The notes beneath the pieces are model-generated. The model had not been told where the DNA came from and did no database searches. It worked only from the letters and a program-made list of their open reading frames with translations. Shown piece by piece: positions 48,575 through 56,871 of a DNA stretch of 64,000 nucleotides. Made by a program: the position numbers and the translations under genes. Each line of letters begins with the position of its first letter. Within the stretch, counting starts at the first letter, position 1. The DNA is taken from contig QHSQ01000140.1 in assembly GCA_003221615.1 (NCBI GenBank), positions 15,000 to 78,999 of the forward strand, given 5' to 3'. Origin of the DNA: Candidatus Rokuibacteriota bacterium (GTDB lineage Bacteria; Methylomirabilota; Methylomirabilia; Rokubacteriales; CSP1-6).

Positions 48575-48886
48575 ATGCTCGAAGGCTTCGTGGCGGTCAC
48601 CGCGGCCTCCGAGCTGCCGCCCGGCGCGATGAAGTGGGTCGTCATCGATCGCGAGCGCGTGCTGATCGCGAACGTCAACGGGTCCTTCTACGCGCTCCGC
48701 GACGTCTGCGGCCATGCGGGCGCACCGCTCTCGACGGGCGAGCTCGTGGGGTACGTGATCGAGTGCCCGCTGCACTACGCCTGCTTCGACGTTCGCAGCG
48801 GTAAGCTCCTGAGCGGACCCGTCTCGGGCGACGTCCCCACCTACCAGGTTCGCGTCGAAGGGGACACCGTGTACGTGAAGCGGTAG
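48575..48886 (+). CDS. Rieske [2Fe-2S] ferredoxin
   Basis: CGH...CPLH motif. Confidence 0.9.
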   Translation: MLEGFVAVTAASELPPGAMKWVVIDRERVLIANVNGSFYALRDVCGHAGAPLSTGELVGYVIECPLHYACFDVRSGKLLSGPVSGDVPTYQVRVEGDTVYVKR

Positions 48887-48897
48887 CATGAGGTGTC

Positions 48898-49893
48898 ATG
48901 CCAAGGCTGCTCGCGATCTTGCCGGGCCTGTTCGTGGCCGTCGCGGCAACGAGCCTCGGAGCCGACGCCGCTGGCGACGCGCTCGACCGCGGGCTACGCG
49001 CCGTGCAGAGCATGGCGGGCTGCTATCTGGTCGACTACAGCTACGTGGAGGTCGAGAGCCTCAAGCCCGGCTACGCGCGTGACGCGCGTGTCTACGACGT
49101 CAACCGGGACAAGTCCGCGAAGGAGTGGATCACCGCCGAGGTCCTGTCACCGCACCGCATTCGCCTGCAGCGCATCCTGTTCCTCGCCGATCTCGGCGGC
49201 GCCATCCGTGAGGGGAGCCTGATCAAGCACCAGTCCGAGGACTGGGAGTACGACGCGCCGTTCCTGTACGAGTTCGTCGCGCCCCGGAGCTGGCAGGTGC
49301 GCGACCTGAAGGCGACGCCGGGACTCTGGACCCGGCGGGTCACGAATCTCGACGACGGGCCGCGCTATCAGTGTGCGGCGCGCTGGACGGAGGACACGGC
49401 CTATCCGGCGTGGACGTGCTCGAGCTATGCGCCGATTCCCGGCCGCGAGACCCGCGACATGCGGCGCGCCGACTACGACACGCTCGACCGGACCACGCGC
49501 ATCGTCGCGTACGGCCAGAGCTGGCTGGAACGGCAGGACAACGTCAAGACCATCCACCGCGACGGCGCCCGGGCGCCGCTGGCCCGTGAGGTCGGCAAGA
49601 ACTGGTCGATACGGCTCCCGGAGTCCGAGTGCGAGGCCGCTCGAGCCTTCGCCGCTCCGCGCCGAGCGTTCTGGGATCTGGTGCGCGAGGTGTGGGACGG
49701 CGTGCAGGCCGGGACCGCGCCCTTCGTCGAGACGGCGCCGCCGGGCCAGCCGCCCCGCTTCGTGAAGATGCACGAGGTCGAGGACGTCTACGTCGGGCGC
49801 GACCTCGCCGACCCCGCGCTGAGGACCGCGGCCCGAGACCGCATCCGCAAGGTCATCGAAGCCTATCGCGAGCCGGCGCCGGCGGGCCGCTGA
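48898..49893 (+). CDS. secreted DUF6607-like protein
   Basis: Signal peptide; MAGCYLVDY, IKHQSEDW, DDGPRY, QDNVK motifs recalled for this family. Confidence 0.65.
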   Translation: MPRLLAILPGLFVAVAATSLGADAAGDALDRGLRAVQSMAGCYLVDYSYVEVESLKPGYARDARVYDVNRDKSAKEWITAEVLSPHRIRLQRILFLADLGGAIREGSLIKHQSEDWEYDAPFLYEFVAPRSWQVRDLKATPGLWTRRVTNLDDGPRYQCAARWTEDTAYPAWTCSSYAPIPGRETRDMRRADYDTLDRTTRIVAYGQSWLERQDNVKTIHRDGARAPLAREVGKNWSIRLPESECEAARAFAAPRRAFWDLVREVWDGVQAGTAPFVETAPPGQPPRFVKMHEVEDVYVGRDLADPALRTAARDRIRKVIEAYREPAPAGR

Positions 49894-49895
49894 GC

Positions 49896-50519
49896 TCAGC
49901 GGGCGGCCAGGAGGTTCCGGGTCTTCAGCGCGTCGATCACGGTGTCGACGTAGCGCGCGATCTCTTTTCGGATGTCCCGCGGCTCTTCCGTCTCGACCGT
50001 GCCGCTCCAGACGAGCTGGTTCTTCTTCACGTCGTAGAGGCTCGTCTCGGAGACGTAGACGTCGTACTGGTAGTAAGTCGGGGGCTCGTAGTAGCCGAAC
50101 CATGCCCCGGCATAGCCGGGGTAGAAGCCGAAGGCAGCCGGAGCCGGCTGGTAGATGCCCGGACTCACGCGCGTTTTCTTCTCGACCTTGACCAGCCGAG
50201 TCATGATGGTGGCGTCCGCCCCCGCTTGCTTCACGGCTTCGGTCAGTCGCGCCTCCTCGACCGGCCCGTCTTCGGGGATGAAGCGATAGCTCGGCACGGC
50301 GTCCACGCCCGTCGCCTTGAGCCTGGCGACGAATTCGTCCTCGAAGGAGCGGCGGATGCTCGGTTGGCGGGTGATGCCGATGACCATGATCTTGTCGAAC
50401 CGAGGCGCCGCATATTCGGGGCTGCTCCACTGACTGACGATGCGCGTCGTGGCACACCCGGTGGCGACGACCAGCCAGGTCAGGGCGAATCCGAGCAGTC
50501 TCAGTCGCGGGGCACGCAT
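49896..50519 (-). CDS. lipoprotein (DUF4136-like)
   Basis: Lipobox-like ATGC, RRSFEDEFV, ETSLYD...LVWSG. Confidence 0.75.
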   Translation of the reverse strand: MRAPRLRLLGFALTWLVVATGCATTRIVSQWSSPEYAAPRFDKIMVIGITRQPSIRRSFEDEFVARLKATGVDAVPSYRFIPEDGPVEEARLTEAVKQAGADATIMTRLVKVEKKTRVSPGIYQPAPAAFGFYPGYAGAWFGYYEPPTYYQYDVYVSETSLYDVKKNQLVWSGTVETEEPRDIRKEIARYVDTVIDALKTRNLLAAR

Positions 50520-50567
50520 GAGTCGTCCGGATTCGAGTATACCGGCGAGCGACCTCGCGGGCAGGAC

Positions 50568-50634
50568 TACGTCGGTCGCGACCGCTCCGATCCGGCGCTG
50601 AGGGCCGCGGCGCGCGCCCGTATCCGCAAGGTCA
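50568..50634 (+). repeat. diverged 67-bp copy of the 3' end of the DUF6607-like gene (49789-49855)
   Basis: Colinear with about 10 mismatches, several synonymous (YVGRDRSDPALRAAARARIRKV vs YVGRDLADPALRTAARDRIRKV). Confidence 0.75.
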
Positions 50635-50639
50635 GCGGT

Positions 50640-51120
50640 GCGCGTCTCGCTCCGGACACCCGCGGCACTTCGAGCCACGCGCCGGCGGCGTAGTAGACCG
50701 TCTCGAGGACCGGCAACGCGTACAAGTCGTCGTGAGGAAACCGCAGCAGCAGGAACACGCCCCAGATCGTGAACACCGTGCCCACGTACGACCAGCACCA
50801 GCTCGGCTATGCGGTGCTCCGATGCCGGGCGTTTCCGTTCTCGGTGCTCTCACACCCTCAGACTTCAGATCTCGGTGTTCTTCGTCTGGTGTTACGTGGA
50901 CGCCGGCGGGCTGCCGATCCCCAGGCATGGGGATCCGCTGGTCCTCAGGCTCGCCGCAGCGCTCGTGGTCGTCGGACAGATTCTCGTCATCGCGACCTTC
51001 CATCAGCTCGGACGGATCGGCGTCTTCTTCTGCCTTGAAGCCGCTACCGGTTGATGGCGTCGCGATTTTGGCCGGCTACCGAAACGTCACGGGCTCAGGG
51101 ATCGCGGCCGGCGCGCGGGC
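50640..51120. pseudogene. scrambled phospholipid N-methyltransferase (PEMT/PLMT-like) pseudogene
   Basis: Pieces ...GFKA (minus), LQISVFF...GRIGVFF (plus), DQHQLGYAVLRCRAFPFSVLSHPQ (plus) and YVGTVFTIWG...WLE (minus) reassemble into the PEMT FPF..HPQYVG signature. Confidence 0.72.
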
Positions 51121-51126
51121 AAGACT

Positions 51127-51173
51127 CCGCCCGGCGCGCATCCGGCGTGAGAGCACGGATGCGCGCCGGGCGG
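51127..51173 (-). terminator. 18-bp perfect GC-rich hairpin downstream of the esterase gene
   Basis: CCGCCCGGCGCGCATCCG-11 nt-CGGATGCGCGCCGGGCGG; weak U tail. Confidence 0.6.
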
Positions 51174-51179
51174 CTCGGG

Positions 51180-52034
51180 CTAGCGGATCTGCTTGTGCGT
51201 GAACTCCGCGATCATCTCGAGGGCGCGATTGGATGCCGGCGAGCCGACCTTGCGCATGATGAAGCCCTGACCCTCGCCCTCGAACAGCTCGAGATCGACC
51301 ACGCCGCCGGCCTTGCGATAGGCCGCCACGAAGCGGTCGAGATGGGGCCGCGGATGCGCATGATCGTCGGTGCCCTGCAGGTACAGCACGGGCGGGAGCT
51401 GAACCTTCTCGCCGCGCTCGAGCGCCGATGCCGGCGCGCCCTCGTCCATCGCCTCCTCGGTTTTCCAGTAGGCGTCGTGGCACGGCAGGAGCTCGTCGAC
51501 CGCCACCGGGTACGGCTTCCCCTTGGCCATGACGTCCTTCGCGTAGCGGTACCGGCCGAGCGGATCGATGACGGGCGAGGTCATGATCACGCAGCGCACG
51601 GTCGCGTCGATCGCCGGTGCCGCCGCCAGCGGCAGCGCGCTGTAGCGCGGATCGAACGGCCGCATCGCCAGCAGCATCGCCTGGTGCCCGCCGCTCGAGT
51701 TGCCCATCGAGCCCACCATGTCGGGCCGGCCACCGAGCTCGACCGCCCGCGATTTGATCCAGCGGATGCCGTAGTGGATGTCCTGGAACGACGCGGGATA
51801 CGGCGCCGTCGGCGGCTGCCGCCAGTCGAGCGTGGCCACGATCACGCCGGTCTTCGCCAGCGCCTCGTGGATCACCTTGTCGCCGTGGCGATCCGAGCGA
51901 CACCAGGCGCCGCCGTGGAGCTCGACCATGATCGGGAAGGGTCCCGAGCCCTGCGGCCGGTAGAGGGTTGCGAGATACGCCGTGGTGCCGTGCCGGAGGT
52001 ACTCGATGTCCTCGACCTTGACCTCGTAGCTCAT
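51180..52034 (-). CDS. alpha/beta hydrolase (HSL-like esterase/lipase)
   Basis: LHGGAW, GNSSGG; AAGGAGG RBS before ATG 52034; the 1078-aa ORF extension is antisense shadow. Confidence 0.88.
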   Translation of the reverse strand: MSYEVKVEDIEYLRHGTTAYLATLYRPQGSGPFPIMVELHGGAWCRSDRHGDKVIHEALAKTGVIVATLDWRQPPTAPYPASFQDIHYGIRWIKSRAVELGGRPDMVGSMGNSSGGHQAMLLAMRPFDPRYSALPLAAAPAIDATVRCVIMTSPVIDPLGRYRYAKDVMAKGKPYPVAVDELLPCHDAYWKTEEAMDEGAPASALERGEKVQLPPVLYLQGTDDHAHPRPHLDRFVAAYRKAGGVVDLELFEGEGQGFIMRKVGSPASNRALEMIAEFTHKQIR

Positions 52035-52133
52035 GCTGGCCTCCTTGTCGATTCGCGCGTCTATGGCGGCAACCATCCCGTAGCCCGGGTCCGGAGTCAA
52101 GCGCCAGCCGGTGGGTAGGGTATCCTGCCCGGT

Positions 52134-54479
52134 ATGGCGAAGCCAAGACGGATCGACGGGATCGGCGCGTCGGTCAAGCGCCGCGAGGATGTGCGTCTGC
52201 TGATGGGGCAGGGGCGCTACGCCGAAGACGTCAACGCGCCGGGACAAGCCTACGCGGCGTTCGTCCGCTCGCCGCACGCTCATGCCGAGGTGATCTCGGT
52301 CGACGCGAAGCCCGCGCTGGCGCTCGCCGGCACGCTCGGCGTCTTTGCCGGGCGCGATCTCGTCGCCGACGGTGTCGGGCCCATCCCGACGTTGATCGCC
52401 GAGCGCGGCGGCGGCATCCGGAGCCGCGACGGCTCGGCGTTCGCCGAGCCGCTCTGGTATCCGCTGGCGACCGACCGCGTGCGTCACGTCGGCGAGCCGG
52501 TCGCGATCGTCGTCGCCGCCACCCAGGCCGCGGCGTGGGACGCCGCCGCGGCCGTGCGAGTGAGCTATGCCGAGCAACCCTCGGTGGTCGACGCCGTCGC
52601 GGCGCTCGGCGCGGGCGCGCCGCGGCTGCATCCCGGTGTCGCGGAGAATCGCGCGTACGACTGGGAATGCGGCGACCCGAACGCCACCGCCCGCGCCATC
52701 GCGGCCGCGGCGCACGTCACGCGCCTGACCCTCGTCGACAACCGGCTCGTCACCTGCTTTCTCGAGCCGCGCGCGGCGCTCGCCGAGTGGGATGCCGGTA
52801 CCGGACGCTACACGCTCCACGCCGGGCTTCAGAGCGTGCACCAGCTGGCGGCCAACCTCGCGCGCGTCCTGGGTGTCGCGCCCGAGCGCGTGCGCTGCGT
52901 GACGGGCGACGTCGGCGGCGGCTTCGGCTCGAAGATCCAGGTGTATCCCGAGTACGTGGCGCTCGCGTGGGCGGCGCGCCGTCTCGGCCGTCCCGTGAAA
53001 TGGGTCTCGAGCCGGTCCGAGGGGTTCGTCAGCGACGTGCAGTCGCGCGATCAGCTGCTCCGGGGCGAGCTCGCGCTCGACTCGGCCGGGCGGATCAGCG
53101 CGCTGCGCGTGCACTCGACGCCGAACCTCGGCGCCTACGTGGCGCCGAGCATCCCGATCTCGACGCTGTCCAACATGGAGCGGATGATCTCCGGCCTCTA
53201 CGCGATCCCCGCGATCCATCTGCGCGTCGAGGGCGCGCTCACCAACACCGTGCCGATCAACGTCTATCGAGGCGTCGGGCGCCTGGAGTGCGTCTATACC
53301 GTGGAGCGGCTGGTCGAGCGGGCCGCGCGCGAGACCGGACGGGACCGTGTCGCGCTCAGACGCGCCAACATGGTGCGGACGTTTCCGTATCGCACGGCCA
53401 CCGGCGCGGTCTACGACTCGGGCGACTACGTGGCGCGTCTGGACGAGGCGATCGAGCGCGCCGACACGACCGGCTTCGCCGCACGCCGCGCCGATTCGGC
53501 GAAGCGCGGCAAGCTGCGCGGGCTCGGCGTCGGGCCGTACATCGAAGGTACCGGCGGCGTGCCGCAGGAGTTCGCCGAGGTGCGCGTGCAGCCGGACGGC
53601 GTGATCGAGGTGCCGATCGGCGCGATGTCGCAGGGCCAGGGCCACGAGACCGTCTTCGCCCAGGTAGTGGCCGAGCGGCTCGGCGTACCCTTCGGCTCGG
53701 TGCGGATCGTCGCGGGCGACACCGATCGCGTCGCGAAGGGCGTGGGCACGTTCGCCTCGCGCTCGATGGTGAGGGCCGGGAGCGCGGTGGTCGAGGCCGC
53801 GGATGGCGTGGTCGCCGCCGGGCGGCCGATGGCGGCGCATCTTCTCGAAGCCGCCGCGGGCGACATCGAGTACCGGGACGGCGCGTTCCGCGTGGTCGGG
53901 ACCGATCGCGCGATCGGCATCTTCGATCTCGCGCGCGCGGCCGCCGCCGGCCGGTTGCCGCCCGCGCTCGGCACCATGCTGAGCGCCGCAACGATGCACG
54001 AGAACCCGGCGTTCGCGTTCGCCAACGGCTGCGAGGTGTGCGAGCTCGAGGTCGACCCGGAGACGGGCGCGGTCGAGATCGTCGCGCTCACGATGGTCGA
54101 CGACTCCGGCCGGTCCGTGAACCCGATGATCGTGCACGGACAGATGCACGGCGCGGTGGCCCAGGGGATCGGCCAGGCGCTGACCGAGCGGTGCGTCTAT
54201 GATCCGGCGAGCGGGCAGCTGCTCTCGGGCTCTTTCCTCGACTACGCGATCCCGCGCGCCGACGATCTGCCGTCGATCTGCGTCACGAGCCGCGACGTGC
54301 CGAGCCCGACGAACGCGCTCGGCGTCAAGGGCGCCGGCGAGGGAGGCACGGTCGGCGCGCCGGGGGCCGTGATCCACGCGATTCTTGACGCGCTGGCGCC
54401 GCTCGGCGTGACCCACATCGACATGCCCGCGACGCCCGAGCAGGTGTGGCGGGCGATCCAGGCCGCGCCAGGTCGCTGA
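52134..54479 (+). CDS. xanthine dehydrogenase family molybdopterin-binding large subunit (CoxL-like)
   Basis: RSPHAHA, DVGGGFGSK, YRGVGR, GQGHET, GVKGAGEGG. Confidence 0.93.
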   Translation: MAKPRRIDGIGASVKRREDVRLLMGQGRYAEDVNAPGQAYAAFVRSPHAHAEVISVDAKPALALAGTLGVFAGRDLVADGVGPIPTLIAERGGGIRSRDGSAFAEPLWYPLATDRVRHVGEPVAIVVAATQAAAWDAAAAVRVSYAEQPSVVDAVAALGAGAPRLHPGVAENRAYDWECGDPNATARAIAAAAHVTRLTLVDNRLVTCFLEPRAALAEWDAGTGRYTLHAGLQSVHQLAANLARVLGVAPERVRCVTGDVGGGFGSKIQVYPEYVALAWAARRLGRPVKWVSSRSEGFVSDVQSRDQLLRGELALDSAGRISALRVHSTPNLGAYVAPSIPISTLSNMERMISGLYAIPAIHLRVEGALTNTVPINVYRGVGRLECVYTVERLVERAARETGRDRVALRRANMVRTFPYRTATGAVYDSGDYVARLDEAIERADTTGFAARRADSAKRGKLRGLGVGPYIEGTGGVPQEFAEVRVQPDGVIEVPIGAMSQGQGHETVFAQVVAERLGVPFGSVRIVAGDTDRVAKGVGTFASRSMVRAGSAVVEAADGVVAAGRPMAAHLLEAAAGDIEYRDGAFRVVGTDRAIGIFDLARAAAAGRLPPALGTMLSAATMHENPAFAFANGCEVCELEVDPETGAVEIVALTMVDDSGRSVNPMIVHGQMHGAVAQGIGQALTERCVYDPASGQLLSGSFLDYAIPRADDLPSICVTSRDVPSPTNALGVKGAGEGGTVGAPGAVIHAILDALAPLGVTHIDMPATPEQVWRAIQAAPGR

Positions 54480-54533
54480 AAACGGTCGATCTGCTTCGTT
54501 GCCGCCCTCGGCCGCGCGACGGGCCGCCGTCGG

Positions 54534-55571
54534 CTAGGCGTCGGCGCGGAATTCGCGCAGGCGCCGCCACACCACTTTGAGGCCGGCGATCACCGGCACC
54601 GAGAGGAACATCCCCGCCACGCCGGCCAGCTCACCGCCCGCGAGCACGCCGAAGATCACGAGCCCGGGATGGAGCTCGACGCCACGCCCCATGATCAACG
54701 GGCTCGAGAGGTAGTCCTGCACGAGACGCCAGATCAGAATGAAGAGCGCGAGCAGCCACGGGTGTCCGAATCCGCTGAACAGGGCGACCGAGACCACGGT
54801 GACGCCGGCGGCGAGCGGGCCGACCACGGGGAGGAACTCGAGCGCGCCGCCGATCGCCGCGAGCACGAGCGCGTACGGAACTCGGGCAATGAGAAACAGG
54901 ATGGTCCAGACGACGAACGTCAGGGCGCAGAGCAGCACGAGCGCGCGGACGTACTCGCCGAGCACCGTGTGCAGATCCTGGGCGATCCTCTCCGATAGCT
55001 CGCGCCGTCCACCACGCTCGGTGATCGCGCCGGTCACCGCCTCGGCGATCCCCTCGGCGTCGCGCAGGAAGAAGAACGCGAAGATCGGAATCATGATGAC
55101 CACCCAGGCGCCCGACAGCCAGCCCAGCGCGCCGGTGAGGCCGTGCTGCGCGTACTCGACCACCTGGGGCAGGTGCGCGCGGACCAGATCGTCCAGGATC
55201 TCCGCGCCTCCCCAGCGCGGGAAGATGTTGCTGATCACGCGCCCGCTCCGGATCTGGTCCGACATCTCCGGGAACTTCTGGCCGAGCGCGGCGAGCTCGC
55301 GCCCGAGCGGCGGACCGACCAGCGCGATGAGCGTGCTGAGGGCCGCCACCAGCACCAGATAGACCACGCCGATCGCGAGCGGGCGCCGCGTCGAGCGGGG
55401 CAGGCCGCGCTCGACGAGCTTCACGAGCGGAAAGATCAGATACGCGAACACCACCGAGAAGGCGAGCACGAGCAAGACGGTGCGCAGGAGATAGACGAGC
55501 GCGAGCGCGCCCCCGACGACGAGGATCGTCCACACGACTCGCAGGGTCTTGGGATCGAGGATGCGCGGCAT
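54534..55571 (-). CDS. AI-2E family transporter
   Basis: FFFLRD, EFLPVVGP, ELHPGLVIFGVLAGG...GMFLSVP. Confidence 0.9.
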   Translation of the reverse strand: MPRILDPKTLRVVWTILVVGGALALVYLLRTVLLVLAFSVVFAYLIFPLVKLVERGLPRSTRRPLAIGVVYLVLVAALSTLIALVGPPLGRELAALGQKFPEMSDQIRSGRVISNIFPRWGGAEILDDLVRAHLPQVVEYAQHGLTGALGWLSGAWVVIMIPIFAFFFLRDAEGIAEAVTGAITERGGRRELSERIAQDLHTVLGEYVRALVLLCALTFVVWTILFLIARVPYALVLAAIGGALEFLPVVGPLAAGVTVVSVALFSGFGHPWLLALFILIWRLVQDYLSSPLIMGRGVELHPGLVIFGVLAGGELAGVAGMFLSVPVIAGLKVVWRRLREFRADA

Positions 55572-55572
55572 A

Positions 55573-56856
55573 TCACCCGCGCTGCGGGAGCGTCGTCGCG
55601 GTCGGCCGGCGCCGCCGCTGCCACAGGCTGGCGCGCCACCTGATCCCGATCAGCAGGGTGAACACGAGCCCGACCGCCGCGAATGCGCTGATGGTCGACG
55701 GATAGCCGACGCGCTCGATGAGAACGCCCGAGGCCATCAGGCCGAGGGGCATGCCGTAGATCGCGAGCGTCCGCACGCCCATCACGCGGGCGCGGAAGCG
55801 CTCGTCCGAGGCGTTGAGCAGATTGGCGGTCATCGCGATCATCGCAATGCTCTGGACGAAGCCGGCGACGAGGAGCGCCACGAGGCCGGGACCCATGCTC
55901 CGAAGATGGCCGAAGCCGAACAGGATCGCGTACCAGATCGCGGTGTAGACGAGCACGGACCGCGCGAGCCGGCGTGGCCCGCCGGTCGCGACTGTGACGA
56001 TCGATCCGAGGAGGCTGCCGAGCGCGAAGCTGGCGGCGAGCCACCCCAGCCCCGTCGCGCCCACGCGGAAGATCTGCCGGGCGACGTAGGGCAGGAGGCC
56101 GCTCGAGATCGGGTAGGCGGTGAGGTTGATCAAAAACGCGAGCCACATCATCGCCAGGAGCTCCGGCGTCCTCAGGACGTACAGGAGACCGTCCTTCAGC
56201 TCGCGGCGTCGCGACGGGACCAGCGCAACGTCGTGGCCCTCCGCGGATGCGTCGCCGGGCGCTCTGCCCGGATCAGGGACCGGGCGTCGCCGCGCCACCT
56301 CCCAGGTCAGCGCGAGGCTGGCGGCGTAGAGGCTCGTGACCAGGACGTACGTTCGCTCGATGCCGAGCGCCGTCGAGAGCTCGGCGCCGGCGAGCGCGCC
56401 GACGACGCGCGCGCTGTCCATCGTGGCGCGCGAGAGCCCGACGGCTCCCATCAGATGCCGCGATGGAATAGTCTCGCCGATGAGCGTGTTGCGCATCACC
56501 TGTTCGTTGGGGCGCACGATGCCGGCGAGCGTCGCGACGACGAGCACCCAGCTCGGTGTCAGGTTGCCGGTCAGGGTCAGGGCCAGGACGAAGGCGGCGA
56601 GCGAGGCGTAGATCGCGCGCATCGAGACGAGCATCACCCGGGCGCCGAGCCGGTCGCCCAGCACGCCGAACATCGGGGAGACGAGCGTGCCGAGGAGCAG
56701 CAGCGAGCCGAACGCGGTGAGCCACAGCACCGAGCCGGTCTCCACCATCACGTACCAGCCGAGGATGACCGTCTCCATCTCGAACGCCAGCGACGTGAGG
56801 AGATCGGCCGGCCACTGGAAACGGAAGCTGCGAACGCGGAACGCGGCGGGGGTCAG
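55573..56856 (-). CDS. MFS transporter
   Basis: Multi-pass hydrophobic, GVLGDRLG, DERFRARVMG; plausible N-terminal FRFQWPADLLTS lies upstream of ATG 56778 with only a CTG (56856) available as start. Confidence 0.8.
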   Translation of the reverse strand: MTPAAFRVRSFRFQWPADLLTSLAFEMETVILGWYVMVETGSVLWLTAFGSLLLLGTLVSPMFGVLGDRLGARVMLVSMRAIYASLAAFVLALTLTGNLTPSWVLVVATLAGIVRPNEQVMRNTLIGETIPSRHLMGAVGLSRATMDSARVVGALAGAELSTALGIERTYVLVTSLYAASLALTWEVARRRPVPDPGRAPGDASAEGHDVALVPSRRRELKDGLLYVLRTPELLAMMWLAFLINLTAYPISSGLLPYVARQIFRVGATGLGWLAASFALGSLLGSIVTVATGGPRRLARSVLVYTAIWYAILFGFGHLRSMGPGLVALLVAGFVQSIAMIAMTANLLNASDERFRARVMGVRTLAIYGMPLGLMASGVLIERVGYPSTISAFAAVGLVFTLLIGIRWRASLWQRRRRPTATTLPQRG

Positions 56857-56871
56857 GGCCGAAACGTGCCG

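Noticed and set aside
51180-54416. 1078-aa minus-strand ORF as a large fusion protein
   Set aside because: Only the last 284 aa (from ATG 52034 with RBS) look like an esterase; the rest is the antisense shadow of the molybdoenzyme gene
52134-54479. Aerobic CO dehydrogenase (form I coxL)
   Set aside because: Lacks AYxCSFR and adjacent coxMS
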